A stretch of DNA of 57,409 bases, the filler included, from Dugesia japonica (Eukaryota), in the NCBI GenBank assembly GCA_001938525.1. It is 5 parts of 5 records of this genome, joined end to end, with 100 filler letters (N's around TTAATTAATTAA, not from the genome) between each part and the next. Parts side by side here need not be neighbours in the genome. Positions count along the whole stretch, not along the records: positions 20,325 to 34,897 come from MQRL01644644.1; positions 34,998 to 47,220 come from MQRL01617702.1; 3 more parts are not named here. The stretch is one strand, 5' to 3'. A model generated the notes under the pieces. The model did no database searches. It had not been told where the DNA came from and was given only the letters and a program-made list of their open reading frames with translations. A program made the position numbers and the translations under genes. Below, one piece after another: positions 24,701-37,762 of this stretch (position 1 is its first letter; each line of letters starts with the position of its first letter).

Positions 24701-27700
24701 TCGATGTGCTGCTTGTTCCTCTGCATTGATACTTATACTTACTTACTTATTCTTGATACTTATTTGTTGATCTCACACGTTCTCCTTCCTCATTTCCTTT
24801 TTTATGACATTTTTTGCAGTATTTATATGTTATTCTGCATCACTCGGTTGTATGTGTTCGTTTACAATAATTTTCACATCTTTTTTCTGCCGACTTTAAA
24901 TATTNCCTCGTGTTGTCAGTTTCACTTTTTTCCAGGTTTTTAGTTGGTTTGTTTTTTATTTCTTTTCCTATCCGTGTTGTTCTATTAAGATAGCAAACAG
25001 ATTTTTTGGTTTTTTGTACCTTTAAAGTACCTTTCATTTTGGATTCCTGATACCTCTCATTTGGTCTGGCAGTTTAGTTTTTCATGTTTTTTTCCATTTT
25101 TACATTTCTATTTTTACATTTTCCCCTGTTATCGGCTTGTTTGTTCTAAGTCTTTGTGTTTCCAGTTCATCTATTGTTTTCTTCGTCGTTAGAACTATCA
25201 CCCTCTAGTGGCTTCCTTTCATTTTTTGCTACTTTATTAAGGATAACGCTATTGCCTCTACACACTCTCAATAGGTATTACATCTGGTACCATTGTATGT
25301 AGTCATTGTTTTTGGCTTGACGAGTTTTAATTGTTTTCGTTCTTTTTACTCCTATAAATAAGTCCAGTATCATTGCCTCTACTCTGTTTGTTAGTGCTAC
25401 TCTTTTGCTCAATCGGTTGAGTTCCAAGTGAAATACAATTTCAGATTCACACTTCCTTTGTTTTCTTTAAATCTTTGGTCTTTTTGTAATTTAATCAAGA
25501 ATTGATGGCTTATAGACCATTTCGATTTTTTAATATTGATACTCCAAATTATGTGTACACCTGGTACTCCCTTATTCAATTTGCTTGCAAAGCAGCCTTT
25601 AAATTATTAATATTGTTGAGTTGAAACACCTGGTACAGAGAATAAGAATGACGGTAGGTAAAGCCAAAAGTGAAATGATAGTCACCAAAATGAGGAAACC
25701 AAGAATTCAGACAAAGGAAAGTCACAGTTTATTGAAAGAAGAAAATAATTAAAGGAAAAACCAAGAGTGACAGTTAAAACCAACGTAAGAACCAGCAAAA
25801 TCTAAATTTACAGAAAGAAAAAACTCAGAAATAAGAAAGCCAAAATCAGGAAAAGAAGTAATAGAAGCTATCAGCCAGATAAAGAAAATAATGAATAACA
25901 ATTAGTTCATTAGGCAAAACTAAGAAAATTATATTGAACTAATAATGGGAGAAAGAGAAAATAAATTACAGGAATTTATTAAATTAATTAATGAAAGAAA
26001 AACGACAAAATTAAATTAAATTTAGATGAGAAAAGCAAATAAATGAACATGTAATTAATAATTGAGAAGAAAATAAAATAAATAATTTAATTATTTAAAT
26101 AAAATAAATCGTACAAATTAAAATAATTTTTTTAAGGAAAATTAAATATTTTATGAAAATATGGCAAAAACGATGACTTCCTATGGTGAAAAATTATCAA
26201 TTAAGAAGATTCTGGTCAAGAAAACGTCGGAAATTTCGAAAATTTAAGTTAAAAAGTCATAGCAAGACTAGGAAAGAAGATACAAGGGTTTGAAGATTGA
26301 CCATTGGTTTTGGAATCCAAAAATATGAACCAATAAGAAGGACTCATGTGACGATCAAGCCAATAAAAGCATTAGAAAAATCGTATGATATCAAATAATA
26401 ATGGAAGAAATGAGGGTGTGAAGATAAGCCGGTATAAATACCGATGTAATTTTCGCCGAAAAAATAAAGCTTTGTCACAATAAAATACTGAAATCGAACG
26501 GAAATCTCTAATTTTACGAAAAAAGAACGGAAATCTCTAATATTACTAAAATTGATTATTTTGCAATCTGAATTTTTGAAACAATGATTTCCGACTTGAA
26601 CCGAATATGGAAAATTATGGTGGACCCCTTGAATCATTAATATCCACCGAGGTTATAACAATTCAAATATTGGGATTGCTCCGGATCGGGATCCAGACCA
26701 CGTTAGTTTTATTGATTGTCTTAATTATTAAATTTATGTATAACAAGTGAAAGTTTTAGTAATTGAATATATTTTTCATTTGTTAAATTCTTTTGTTCTT
26801 TATAACTGTAAAAATATAGGGTATTGATTTTTAAACTAAAAGTAATAATTAAACGAACTCAGTTAAATATACATAACCACGAATTAGAAAATTTATAGTT
26901 AATTAGGATTGAACTAACTGATAAAATGAAATCTAATAACTAAATAAATAGTTCATAAACTGAAATTTAATACGTTAATTATTGATAGTAATAAGTATGC
27001 CTCGAAAATTGAGCGAGAATCATAAAATATTAACCCGAACTAAAGGAATGCGAGCACGCACTCGAACTACGGGTGTTGAGTCAATGGCTCCATTCAGAAG
27101 ATCTGGATTTTTGGGGACACCAGATTAAATTCTTCGTGGGGTTTTTTTTAGGCTGACTACCCTAGACTTGATTATTAAAAAATCAACCAAAATAGTTAAA
27201 ACCACAACAATATTAAGTCAATCAAGTAGCAATACTCTGAACAATCAAACTGATCAGGCTTAGATGTCACATGTGATCGCATTTGTTGCACAGTTTATAT
27301 GCAAATCTTGATTTCATCGACAAAAACCATTTTTTGCAAATTTATAAATAATGTCCACGGAAAAATTTTCAGAAAAATAATATCTCGTGAACTTTGCCTA
27401 AAAAATTATGTCCTGATACAAAATTAAGAAGTACTCAATCATTTTAATTACAATTTGTTGACTCATTTTTTCTGATTGTTTCGTTTTCATATGCTTTATT
27501 AATCAAGTTGTCCTACATCCTTTGCTCTAATTCCACCTTCATCCCTTTCTCAGTTTCAAATAAAATTAGCAGCCATTATTGTGTAATATTTCATTTGCGT
27601 TTCAATTTGTAGCCATATTTCAGTAAAGTTTCTTTGTTTTTCAACTTGTAGTCATATGTTTGTAACGTTTCATTGTTTTCACTCCTTCACATTACTTAAA

Positions 27701-27801
27701 TTACACTNNNNNNNNNNNNNNNNNNNNNNNNNNNNNNNNNNNNNNNNNNNNNNNNNNNNNNNNNNNNNNNNNNNNNNNNNNNNNNNNNNNNNNNNNNNNN
27801 N

Positions 27802-28436
27802 AAAATAATTATGAACAGCTGGATTTATAAATTTGGAAGATCAATAAGTATTTTAACATAAAGAGGAAAGAATATTGAGAGCACATGAATACAATAGAAA
27901 TTAAAAAAATTGTCTAATTGACATGAATACAGTTCTTCGTACAAATACGAGTCTAATAGTCTAGAAGAAAGATTGATAAGAACAATCTGTGACACCATCA
28001 TTACTTCTTAAAAAGGAGGTTGAGAAGAGAAAAACTGGCATGAGTTTTTTCCAAAGATTGAGATTAATATTAATGCAACTCAACAAAGTTCGACGGGATT
28101 CTCACCTTTTGAAATTGCATTTGGTTACAAGATAAACCTACATTCAGGAATGAATCACCAAAACTCATCATATATCGAAATTAGAAAGGAAGTCAGGAAA
28201 AATTTAAAAACTGTTACTAACAGAGTCACCAGTTTCTAAAATAATAAACAGGGCCAACGCGATTTCAAAATCAGGAAAGAACTCAAAGTAGGAAGAAAAT
28301 GATTTCCAATATGATGGTCATTTCATAATTACTGAGTTTGTATCACCCCATCAGATTAAACTGAGTGCTCCAAAAGGAACAATATGAGAAGGATCGAATG
28401 ACTTAGAGGATGAGATTATTTTTTTTGAGAGAGGAG
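27802..28436 (+). mobile_element. Gypsy integrase C-terminal remnant with polypurine tract
   Basis: SNSLEERLIRTI...WHEFFPKIEININATQQSSTGFSPFEIAFG, ending in the PPT gagagaggag at ~28427-28436. Confidence 0.8.
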
Positions 28437-28809
28437 TTATGTATTACATAATTCGGTTTTGTTTTATTAAATAGATTTTGGTTTTTAGCGTGATTATTTA
28501 ATTTCTGAATCAAATATTAAGAATAGTTTTACTATAACAATTAATGGCAAATAATAAGTAATGAGCATCAATTTTCCCCTTGAGGCAAAATAGTTAATAA
28601 TATAGATTANAAAAATTAAAACAAAGATTTTTCTACTAAAATTTATTAACTAATCAAAATCGAAAATTTGTTCTACACACATGTATCATTCAATAAAATT
28701 GCAAAAGTTGAAGATCACCAAAGTCTCTACATCACGTCGTCAGCGGAGGAAGCATCAGACGGTGCGCCAATATATAACTATTTTTGCGCGATTTAGAATT
28801 GACCTATGT

Positions 28810-29192
28810 CTTATTTGAAGATATAATAGAACTTTTAGAAGCCCATAATTAGTCACTTTCTAATGAAGACTTAGTAGAATTAACCAAAGCATTACCTCGT
28901 CAACAGTCAGAAGAAGAAAAGGTTAATAAAGAAATAAGAAACTCTCAGAGTTATATAAATTTCACATCTAAAGCGTAATCTTTCAACCATGGAAAGTATG
29001 ACGGTTAAACTTTGTAAGTTAGATATGATTAAGAATGGAAAAAAAATCTAAACAATTAAAGCTTGATAGATTTTCCAGGAAAATGCAAGAGATCGTCAAA
29101 CATTGGAATTTCACTTCTTTTACGTATGATTTATTATTGAAAAATTTTCGCTTTTTATAAACGAAACTGTGGATTAATCGAGGGTTTGTTTG
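28810..29192 (+). mobile_element. pogo/Tigger transposase C-terminal remnant and 3' end
   Basis: EDIIELLEAHN*SLSNEDLVEL resembles a Tigger acidic C-terminus. The segment ends in ...aatcgagggtttg, a pogo-like TIR. Confidence 0.5.
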
Positions 29193-29627
29193 TTTGAATG
29201 CGTAAAATTTTATTATATATTTATATTATTTTAAAATATTTAAAATATTGTAATCAAATTAATAATCGATATATCAATTAAAAAAATATTAGTATTGAAA
29301 AGGTAATGGTTAAAAAGAAATAATATAAAAATAATATTTTAAATTAAAAATAGAAAATTAAAGAAAAAATTTAAATTTTCTATTAATAATTAAAGAAATA
29401 CTTTTTTGTATTGAGGTATAAAACTTTCATTTTGATCGATAATCAGTTAATTACACTTGTTAGAAAATTACACACTATTTAAGAGCTTTGTGAATTNTAG
29501 CTATTTATAAGTCACAATTTGATTGGTTTAAGTTGGTTTTTAATGTTATTGATTTTCAGCGTATACATAAAATCTGAATTTTCAAAATAGTTTACGTTTT
29601 CATTCTTAATAAAGTCTTTTAGTCAAA

Positions 29628-30425
29628 ATGGGAGTAGCTATGGTGAAAGCATTAATCAAGAATTATGACGATATTGAAGAATGGTATCCATTAACAACTG
29701 CAATAAAAGATCTGAAAAAAAACGATGAAAAGAAAATGGTTGATGAAATCTGTAACGACGATTTCATAGAGTGGATGTATTTAAAAATTCAGCAAATTAT
29801 AGAAATGCAAGACGAGACTTTAATTCAAAATGTAAGCACTATGTTTTCATTTCTGATTAGTCTCACTGATAAAAGTGTTTANTTTTGTGAAAAAATTATT
29901 AAAAATGAAAGTTTATTGAATTTTATAAAATTTATCATTCAAAATGAATATCTAAAGGAATTTTGTCACAGAAATGCTATTTTTATTATAAACAATATTG
30001 AATTTCAATTGGAAAAAATGTATTTCAATGATGAGGATGTTAAAAATTTCCTTATCAAGCAATTTTCAGTTCATGAAAAACTTATGTGTTTGGTTACTTT
30101 AATGAGATTATCTTCACTTGATGAAATTAAACAGTTTGAAGATGAAATCTTTACAATCATTCCAGATTTGATTAAAAATTTTGAATCATGTTGTAAAACT
30201 TCTGAAATGGTCGTAGAGGGTATCGGAATAGAGGAACTTTTAAAGAATATAAATGTAATTTGTAAAAGTGAAAAAGTGAAAGACGTATTAAAGGAAAATA
30301 ATGAGTTAATTGTTACTTTGAATAAAATAAGTTCAGACCAAAAATTCACGAATTATAAATGGTTGTCAGATGAAATTTTATCATTGTTAGGAAAAAGTGA
30401 TAATTCAAGTGAATTAGAACAATAA
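29628..30425 (+). CDS. Intact single-exon 265-aa alpha-helical (ARM/HEAT-like) protein
   Basis: 798-bp ORF with amphipathic helical repeats. A TATA-like tatttataag lies at ~29502 and AATAAA at ~30468. Confidence 0.75.
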   Translation: MGVAMVKALIKNYDDIEEWYPLTTAIKDLKKNDEKKMVDEICNDDFIEWMYLKIQQIIEMQDETLIQNVSTMFSFLISLTDKSVXFCEKIIKNESLLNFIKFIIQNEYLKEFCHRNAIFIINNIEFQLEKMYFNDEDVKNFLIKQFSVHEKLMCLVTLMRLSSLDEIKQFEDEIFTIIPDLIKNFESCCKTSEMVVEGIGIEELLKNINVICKSEKVKDVLKENNELIVTLNKISSDQKFTNYKWLSDEILSLLGKSDNSSELEQ

Positions 30426-30949
30426 GGTATATTATTCTGTAGATTCAAGTATTTGTATTTTTTTAATTAATAAATAATAACAATTTTCAGTTCTCATAGA
30501 ATTGATAGCTCAAATAATGTATGAAAATAAGTTNNNNNNNNNNNNNNNNNNNNNNNNNNNNNNNNNNNNNNNNNNNNNNNNNNNNNNNNNNNNNNNNNNN
30601 NNNNNNNNNNNNNNNNNNNNNNNNNNNNNNNNNNNNNNNNNNNNNNNNNNNNNNNNNNNNNNNNNNNNNNNNNNNNNNNNNNNNNNNNNNNNNNNNNNNN
30701 NNNNNNNNNNNNNNNNNNNNNNNNNNNNNNNNNNNNNNNNNNNNNNNNNNNNNNNNNNNNNNNNNNNNNNNNNNNGTCGTTGATTCTACAACAGAGTTTC
30801 CCGATAATAGATAAAAAAATTTATTTTTTAAATTGGAAAAAATTTATAGGCTAAATTTCAGATAATTGAAAAATTAAATTCGAAAATTTACTAAAATCTC
30901 TTGATTTATATAGCTAACATTTTATCTGGCCATCTATTTTTATTGGTTA

Positions 30950-31880
30950 GAACATCACATGTTCTTTACTGATTAGCCTATTAATTATAGTATAACATGG
31001 TTCGATATCGTAAGATGTCTCTGATTAGTTCTTCTTTAACGGGATTTTACTCCTTTCCGCGTTGGTTTAGGATCNTTTGTTCGTGAAAGCGATTCCTGTT
31101 CTTTCAACTTTGAATTTTTCTACCAATTAAAATAGAAATTTACTAACTTTGCTAGGTTAATCTCAAATAATTTTATTATTAGTTGCTAATTACTTCCTTT
31201 TATTTTAATTTTCCTCTATATTTGTCAATTAATTTTAAATTAATAAAATTAAATAAAGCAAGTTAATGGGGTTGAACATAAGTAGAGATTAAAGCTATAA
31301 AATATATTTTCAGAGATCATGTCGAGACATCCACAAAGCGAATATATATTCAAATAAGGAACTAAAATAAAATAAATTAAAATCTTCTGAACTTTCAAAA
31401 CAAAATTGTCATTTCCAAAAATTTTAATTTCTTAATTAATTTGTGATTTTGAATTTTTTTAAAAAATATTTTTTAAAACACAATTTCCAACCAGAACACA
31501 AAAAATTTTTACTCGCTTCTAAACTACTCACATTCCCCCTTTGAAAATTTTACAATTAAATTTATTTTGGTTCATTAAGACAAAAACTTCAATTAAATCT
31601 AAGTTTTTAATTAAAAGTCGCGTGCGTAATTTAATCAATTACAATCGAGTATACTGTACCAGTTATAAATAGTAACAAGCTCTCGACCAATCATAATCGA
31701 GTAAAAAGGTCAAAACATCAAATACATAAACAGGTCCAAAGTCTAAACCAGGATAATTAAAACAAAAAATAAATTAAAATCCAAACCCGGAAATGCTTAA
31801 ACAGGTCCAAAGGTCAAACCCTTACATTTACATATGGATCAAAATACATAAATATGTCCAAAGTTTTAAACACTAAATTC
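30950..31880 (-). mobile_element. 3' end of an LTR retrotransposon (repetitive 3'UTR, PPT, start of the 3' LTR)
   Basis: On the minus strand aagggggaa (31541-31533) is directly followed by TGT (31532). Upstream are repeated aaacaggtccaaa units (31700-31870). The far LTR boundary is not determined. Confidence 0.5.
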
Positions 31881-31889
31881 ATAAACCAT

Positions 31890-32282
31890 TTGACTGGTGT
31901 TAATGTGGTAATTCGTTAGATCTTAATAAGGAAATAGGTGATGAAGATGCTGTTTTGTATAGGATTTTTGAAGACGAAAACTAAGTTGGTGGTTATCTTA
32001 ATCTTGATAATCCTGTTATTGAAACACATTTGCATAAATATTATCAAGTATTAAAATCAGATATTTCTAATTATTATATGAAAGAAATTGTGCTGACTGA
32101 AAAATTATTAAAGAAATTGTTTCATTTAATTAAAGAAACGAAAAATGTTAAATTTTAATTTGGTATTGAAGTAGATTTTGTTAAGGATGAGGAGGTTAAG
32201 ACGTGTAGGCTATCAAATAGGGCTATTCCTTTGACTGATGATTTCTTTGATAATGGCATGCAGCATTTAAACGAGAAAATAG
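31890..32282 (+). pseudogene. Polinton pPolB N-terminal fragment
   Basis: VGGYLNLDNPVIETHLHKYYQVLK...NVKF*FGIEVDFVKDEEVK...SNRAIPLTDDFF...LNEKI aligns with 42040-42335. Confidence 0.65.
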
Positions 32283-33199
32283 TTTAAAAACATCGACAAC
32301 GTTTTCAAAAAATAAAAGAACTCTGTTTAATAAAATAATTTTTGACAATTATTTCGAAGAAATAACTGTCATTATCAGGCAATTAAAAATCATTAAAATA
32401 CTATTTATAAAGTTAAAATGATTATGTAACTTCAATTACGTAATCTCAATAAATAGTCTATAAAATAATTTATTTTAGATCTGTCAACTGAACATTAATA
32501 TTTAAATTTAATGTCCTTATTAACAAAGTTTCACACATCACTATCACCCAATAATTATTAAGTCCATTGCACAAGATCTTTAAACCAGAAAATACTATTG
32601 AATTTAAACTTTTTCTTCATGGTTTTCATAAAATGTCTCTAAATGTTCATTTGTTTGAATATTTTGAATAGTCATATTTTTAACTTCTGATAAAAAACAA
32701 CTCAACTTGTATTTCAACAAATTTATTATGAAGCGTTTTGACATTGTTAATCTAACTAGTAATGATAATTGAAGTAAGAGATTAAGTAAAGGTGATGTAA
32801 ATGAATTGATGGTTGGTATAAGGAAATAAAAAATAATGAAGAATTTCAACCAATAGAAATTGAGTAAAATAATTATAATTATACAAATAGTTCTATTTCC
32901 AATAAGTTTATTTAGTTGCTTATCTTCCTTAATTGTGAATAAAAATATGTCTCAAATTAGCAGTTTTGATTTTGAAAATAAATTATATCTGTGGACGATT
33001 TACTCAAATTTCAAATTTATTGAACATAATTTCGGTATGAAAATAGAAAAACATCGTTTTGATCTTTGCAATTGAAAATAATTTTTTTAAAATTTTTTTT
33101 TAAAAATATTTGTTTAATACACAGATCAAGGATAAAGTTAATTTTTATGAAATTAAATTTTAAAACGAAAGTTTTAAGATTAAAATTTTTAAAAACAAA

Positions 33200-34616
33200 T
33201 AATAAATATAAATACGTCTTCTGAACCTAAGAAATGTTTTGTCTGAAATTTCTCTAACGATAGTTTCAATGACTGGCTTGATATTAGTTTTCTTATACGG
33301 TACACTTTACCTTTCAACTTGTGATTTATCTGACTCTGTCAAGACCTCTGAGAGTCGATGCTCTATCATTTCTATTAATTGAATTTGTCATTTCTTCGAA
33401 GAAAATTTCCGCGGTATATTTGATTAATTAACCGTTTCCGGTTCATCTAAATTCACAGATATTCCACTGATTCCACTTAGGCAAATTTACATTCACCCTG
33501 TTTACTACTTTGCCCTCTTGATTTGCTTGATTGAAATCAGATATAATTTCTGACAACCTCAATATCGAAAAATGATAATCAGACGGTTCCACCATCAATA
33601 AAGTAGTATTGAATGGTTGGCATCCAACATCAATTAAGTATTTGTAGTCATCTAATAGATTGCTGCAAAGTACTAATAAACATACATTTGCGTAATTTAT
33701 TCCAATATCTATTCTCATTTTTACCTTTGTAAAAACAAGAATATCTTGTAATTCTAAGCATAATATCAGGCTTTATTATTATCAAATGGTAATATCAATG
33801 GTATTACCTTTTTTAAATGTTCACTCGGAATTTGTAAGGTTAACATCCAACTTAAAATGCTTTTTTATATTCTCATCTCTCCTGAATTATTAAATATTAC
33901 TTTTCTCAATTGGCTGCTTGGCCATTTTTGTTTCGTCGTTGAGGACACACCGTCTCTTTATATGCCGGAGTTTTCCACATTCTTAGTATTTAACTTTTCT
34001 ATTAGAATTAATTTCATCTTTAACTCCAGTATTTTCCATTTAGTCCTACAAACTTTGGCTAAATGGTCCTTCCGTTTGTATTTAACCCATTGTAAATCTT
34101 TTTTTCTATGTAATTTTCTCTTTGAGTGGTTATTCCTACCACATTTGGTAAACTATGCATTCTTATTATTTTGATCAGAACTCTTTTTAGTTAGATAATC
34201 CTTGGACACGTGTACTTTTCTATGACAGTTGAAACATTCAACTACTTTGGATTTTTTTGAGTTTTGCAATAAATTAATTTTTTTCTTAACTTAACTATTT
34301 TCTATCAACACAGCCTTGCTGATTAATTCATCAAAGCCTTCCACTTCCAAAAGCTTAAAGTATTTATAATGTTTTGTTTCAATCTTCACTAAAATTGATT
34401 GATTGACAATTAATCTGACGGTTTTATTACACCCTGCTTTATTTCAAAATGCTCTTTTGGCTAATATTGATAGGTTATAAAATTGCTGTCTTAAGACACA
34501 AAAAGTATCTCCTCGTAAAATCGATTTGTTAGCACAATCCTCAAAAATACAATGCTGCATGTCGTTGTACTACATGTGCGGGATTCATCATATTACTGCA
34601 GATATCCTTTGCCATG
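33200..34616 (-). mobile_element. Degenerate Gypsy gag-protease region
   Basis: A gag-like frame ends in a decayed knuckle ECFNCHRKVHVSKDY (~34195-34240). Pol-like fragments follow (ORF 33443..33718, PYKK...). The 5' side is cut abruptly at 34616. Confidence 0.55.
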
Positions 34617-34897
34617 AGTAGTGGGAAGGGAGGAGTCGAGGACAGACGGGGGGTAACCGTTGCCATGGAAACGGTTCCGCGACCGTGATCGCGACTGAAA
34701 TCGCGACCGTTTCCATGATGGCGATATCGGGACTGTAATCGGGACCGTTTCCATGGCAACCGTCGCGATGAGAGAAAATTGATTTTGTTCGGTAACCAAT
34801 GACGTAACCATGACAACAATGAATGCGTTGTGTGTGTCGCAAGTGCCCGTATCTATGGCAACTGTTGTCATGGCAACCAAAAATTTTTATATATTTT
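34617..34897 (+). mobile_element. Probable Polinton terminal inverted repeat start (AGTAGT...) containing an RFX X-box cluster
   Basis: An abrupt GC-rich segment begins AGTAGT, a typical Polinton terminus, exactly where the Gypsy gag frame is interrupted. It runs to the contig end. Confidence 0.55.
34659..34877. promoter_or_regulatory. Five RFX X-box motifs
   Basis: gttgccatggaaac (34659), gtttccatggcaac (34747), gtaaccatgacaac (34804), gtatctatggcaac (34849), gttgtcatggcaac (34864). Confidence 0.7.
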
Positions 34898-34997
34898 NNN
34901 NNNNNNNNNNNNNNNNNNNNNNNNNNNNNNNNNNNNNNNNNTTAATTAATTAANNNNNNNNNNNNNNNNNNNNNNNNNNNNNNNNNNNNNNNNNNNN
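34898..34997. other. Artificial contig linker
   Basis: 44N-TTAATTAATTAA-44N. Confidence 0.95.
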
Positions 34998-35422
34998 TTT
35001 TAAAATATTTATTTCATAAAAAATGATTTCCAATTTTTTTTTGATATTTTCAAAGAAAATGAAAAATTTTATTTATTAAATTTTTGGCTGAGAAATTCAC
35101 ATTATTAAATTTTATACTCGATTTTCATTTTAATGGAAAATTACATAAATTCATTTGATATTCAAAATGGATTTTATTTGTTGAAACTATAAATCAAATT
35201 TAAAATATTTGACATTTAATTTCTATCATAATTTATATAAATATAAAATTAAATAAATATTTTCCGTAAATAATATTGAGGTTGCTTTCGATAAAACATA
35301 ATATAATAATATAACAGAGTAATATATATTACTTAATATATAGATGAAGGAATAATAGCAATTATTCCAACAAGTAAATGCCATATATGATTTATTAATG
35401 TACTATATAAGTTTTTTTTTAA

Positions 35423-37388
35423 CCCTTTATCTACTGCATTATGAACTACTGAAAATTTCTTCATAAATATATTTTTTTGCTGCCATATTAATAATTAAAG
35501 AATACACAAGAAAAATAATCTCCCCGGTGCGAAATTTAATTTGTTAGAACTAATTAATTAAAGTGGTACTTAAAAGTACCGTCAGTACACTATGTATAAA
35601 TTTCCGCATAATAGAAAAAAATAACGGATGATATTACGATGCACCTCTACATATGCAATATATAAATTTACACATGCCATTTCTAGCATAGCAAAAAATG
35701 ACTGTGCCACCATTTTTTCGATTTCCTGTCCCTATCATAAATAGCACGTAATCTGTCGACTTTATCAATTCCCCCATGTGTCCATTGTAATCTTTTACAG
35801 CAATGGCTGTAACGTTAATTTTTGTATCACTTTTGAGTTTCCTTTGGAATTTGCAAGTGTCGTTTCCATGATAATTCGAAAGAAAGTGTACGGATCGATT
35901 TTCCTTCGATTTGAAGAAGTATATTCCTTGATCAGATATTTGATAATCTAAGTCCCCTCGTTTAATTTTTTTATCATCAATAAGTTTGAGTAACCCAAGT
36001 CTATCAGGACGAATGGTGTCGACTGCATATATATTTTTCGTTTTCAAATACTCTAATAGTACCACGGAAGAGAAAATTGTCCATGATGATGATTTAGTTT
36101 TTGCGTACAAGACTATTTATCAACTCATCAACTACTGTCCCGCCTAGTCCAAATCCTTTCTTTGAGCTGTCACTATTGACCTGCTTCCCTTGATAAACGT
36201 CAAATTCATATATAAATGTATATATAAATATATATCCGGACATATCTGTCCGGCACTAAAGTTTGAAACCACGCTTGATGGTTTTTTTTGGGTTGTATTG
36301 TTTTAGAGTAGACCTCCCCTTGAATACCACCATACTTTCATCAATTGACTGGATTTGAGTGCCTATCCTAAAGTTCTAAAAATTCTCATTCAATCTAGAT
36401 ATAAAGGGCCTCAGCCTGTACATTTTATCAGAGTTATTTTCCGGTATTGATAAATTTTCATTTAGAAAAAATATAAACCCATATATCTCTTCTGTAGTTA
36501 TTGGCGTAATGTGTTTGTTATTTTGGTTTATATATAAATTCGTCTGAAAAAATATATTTTCAACAATAAGGTCATCAAAAACTTTTAGAAAGAAATCTGT
36601 TGGAGTAAGCAAAGAATCAAAAATATTATCTACAAATCCAATTTTAGAGAAAAAATGGGAACCTGAGATTAAACATCTCTTTTCTTCCAACGTCTATCAA
36701 TTTTACATTTTCGAGGTAGGGACTACTTTTTTCCAGGACCTGACTCCTGATTTTCCTTATCACTGCACCCAGGGTCTTCTTCCGTTACTTCAGAATCTGA
36801 CGAAAACTTCTTAATATATTGTCTTAAAATTCTTCATCAGATGAATCATCAGTGATATCACTATTTTCTAATGGCAAATCTTTCAACATATCCAAAGCCT
36901 CCTGAATGGTGAGACCTTTCTTTCGGGGCATTCTAAAAAAAGGAAAGAATATTTTACTATTGCTTGAAAACTTTTTATGTGAAGTACGTGTACTGGCAGT
37001 ACTTATAAGTACCACAGAATAATTCGACCGTTAATCACATTACATATTTAGTTATCTTACAAGGATTGGGCAAATAATATTCTAAGACAATACAGAATGA
37101 ATAAAAAAAATACAACACTTACCATTGGTTTGATATTATATATTTATAGCAAAGAAAAGATAAGAGCGCAATCCGAACAAAATGGTATCAAAAGAACATA
37201 ATGTCCGTTCGAAAATAGCTTTCTTCCTGGCGAAATTCATCAGCCTAGAACAATTACTGCCATCTTTCATGAAAAAGTAGAGTTAAAAGACTGTTTCTAA
37301 AACGTACCATCAGAATATAAGTAATTGTTGCTGTGCTATAAAGTTTTAAAGTGACTGCTACTTATAAGTACCGTCAGTAGATAAAGGG
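35423..37388 (-). mobile_element. piggyBac element with both ends and TTAA target duplications; transposase decayed
   Basis: TTAA-CCCTTTATCTACTG ... CAGTAGATAAAGGG-TTAA, with internal subterminal repeats at ~35563-35590 and ~36990-37013. Transposase fragments read MPRKKGLT...DEEF, QTNLY, DKMYRLRP, IDESMV, KQYNPKK, DYNGHMG. Confidence 0.93.
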
Positions 37389-37565
37389 TTAAATTTGTTA
37401 ACTACACGCAATTTTTTATAAGTAAAAACTACCGTGTTTCCTTAAATTAATTTTTTCTCTAATTTACTTATCCTTGTGAATTTATGAGTTCTACATTAAA
37501 ATTTTAAAATTAAATTTAAAAATTAAAAATACTTTTTCTTTGAGACAATCATTATATTTATAATG

Positions 37566-37762
37566 AATAAATACAATAATCTATAAATACATTACCAACA
37601 ATCAATAAATACAATATAAATAATCTATAAATACATTACCAACAATCAATAAATACAATATAAATAATCTATAAATACATTACCAACAATCAATAAATAC
37701 AATATAAATAATCTATAAATACATTACCAACAATCAATAAATACAATATCAATAATCAATAA
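37566..37762. repeat. 44-bp tandem repeat, ~4 copies
   Basis: atcaataaatacaatataaataatctataaatacattaccaaca repeated. Confidence 0.9.

Noticed and set aside
22700-26350. Strand-skewed, coding-like decayed stretches (coiled-coil-like at 23280-23850; retroelement-like at 24120-25600)
   Set aside because: Riddled with stops, and no diagnostic motif could be read confidently.
34541-34880. Three overlapping minus-strand ORFs
   Set aside because: Explained by the local GC-rich palindromic repeat sequence; no protein motifs.
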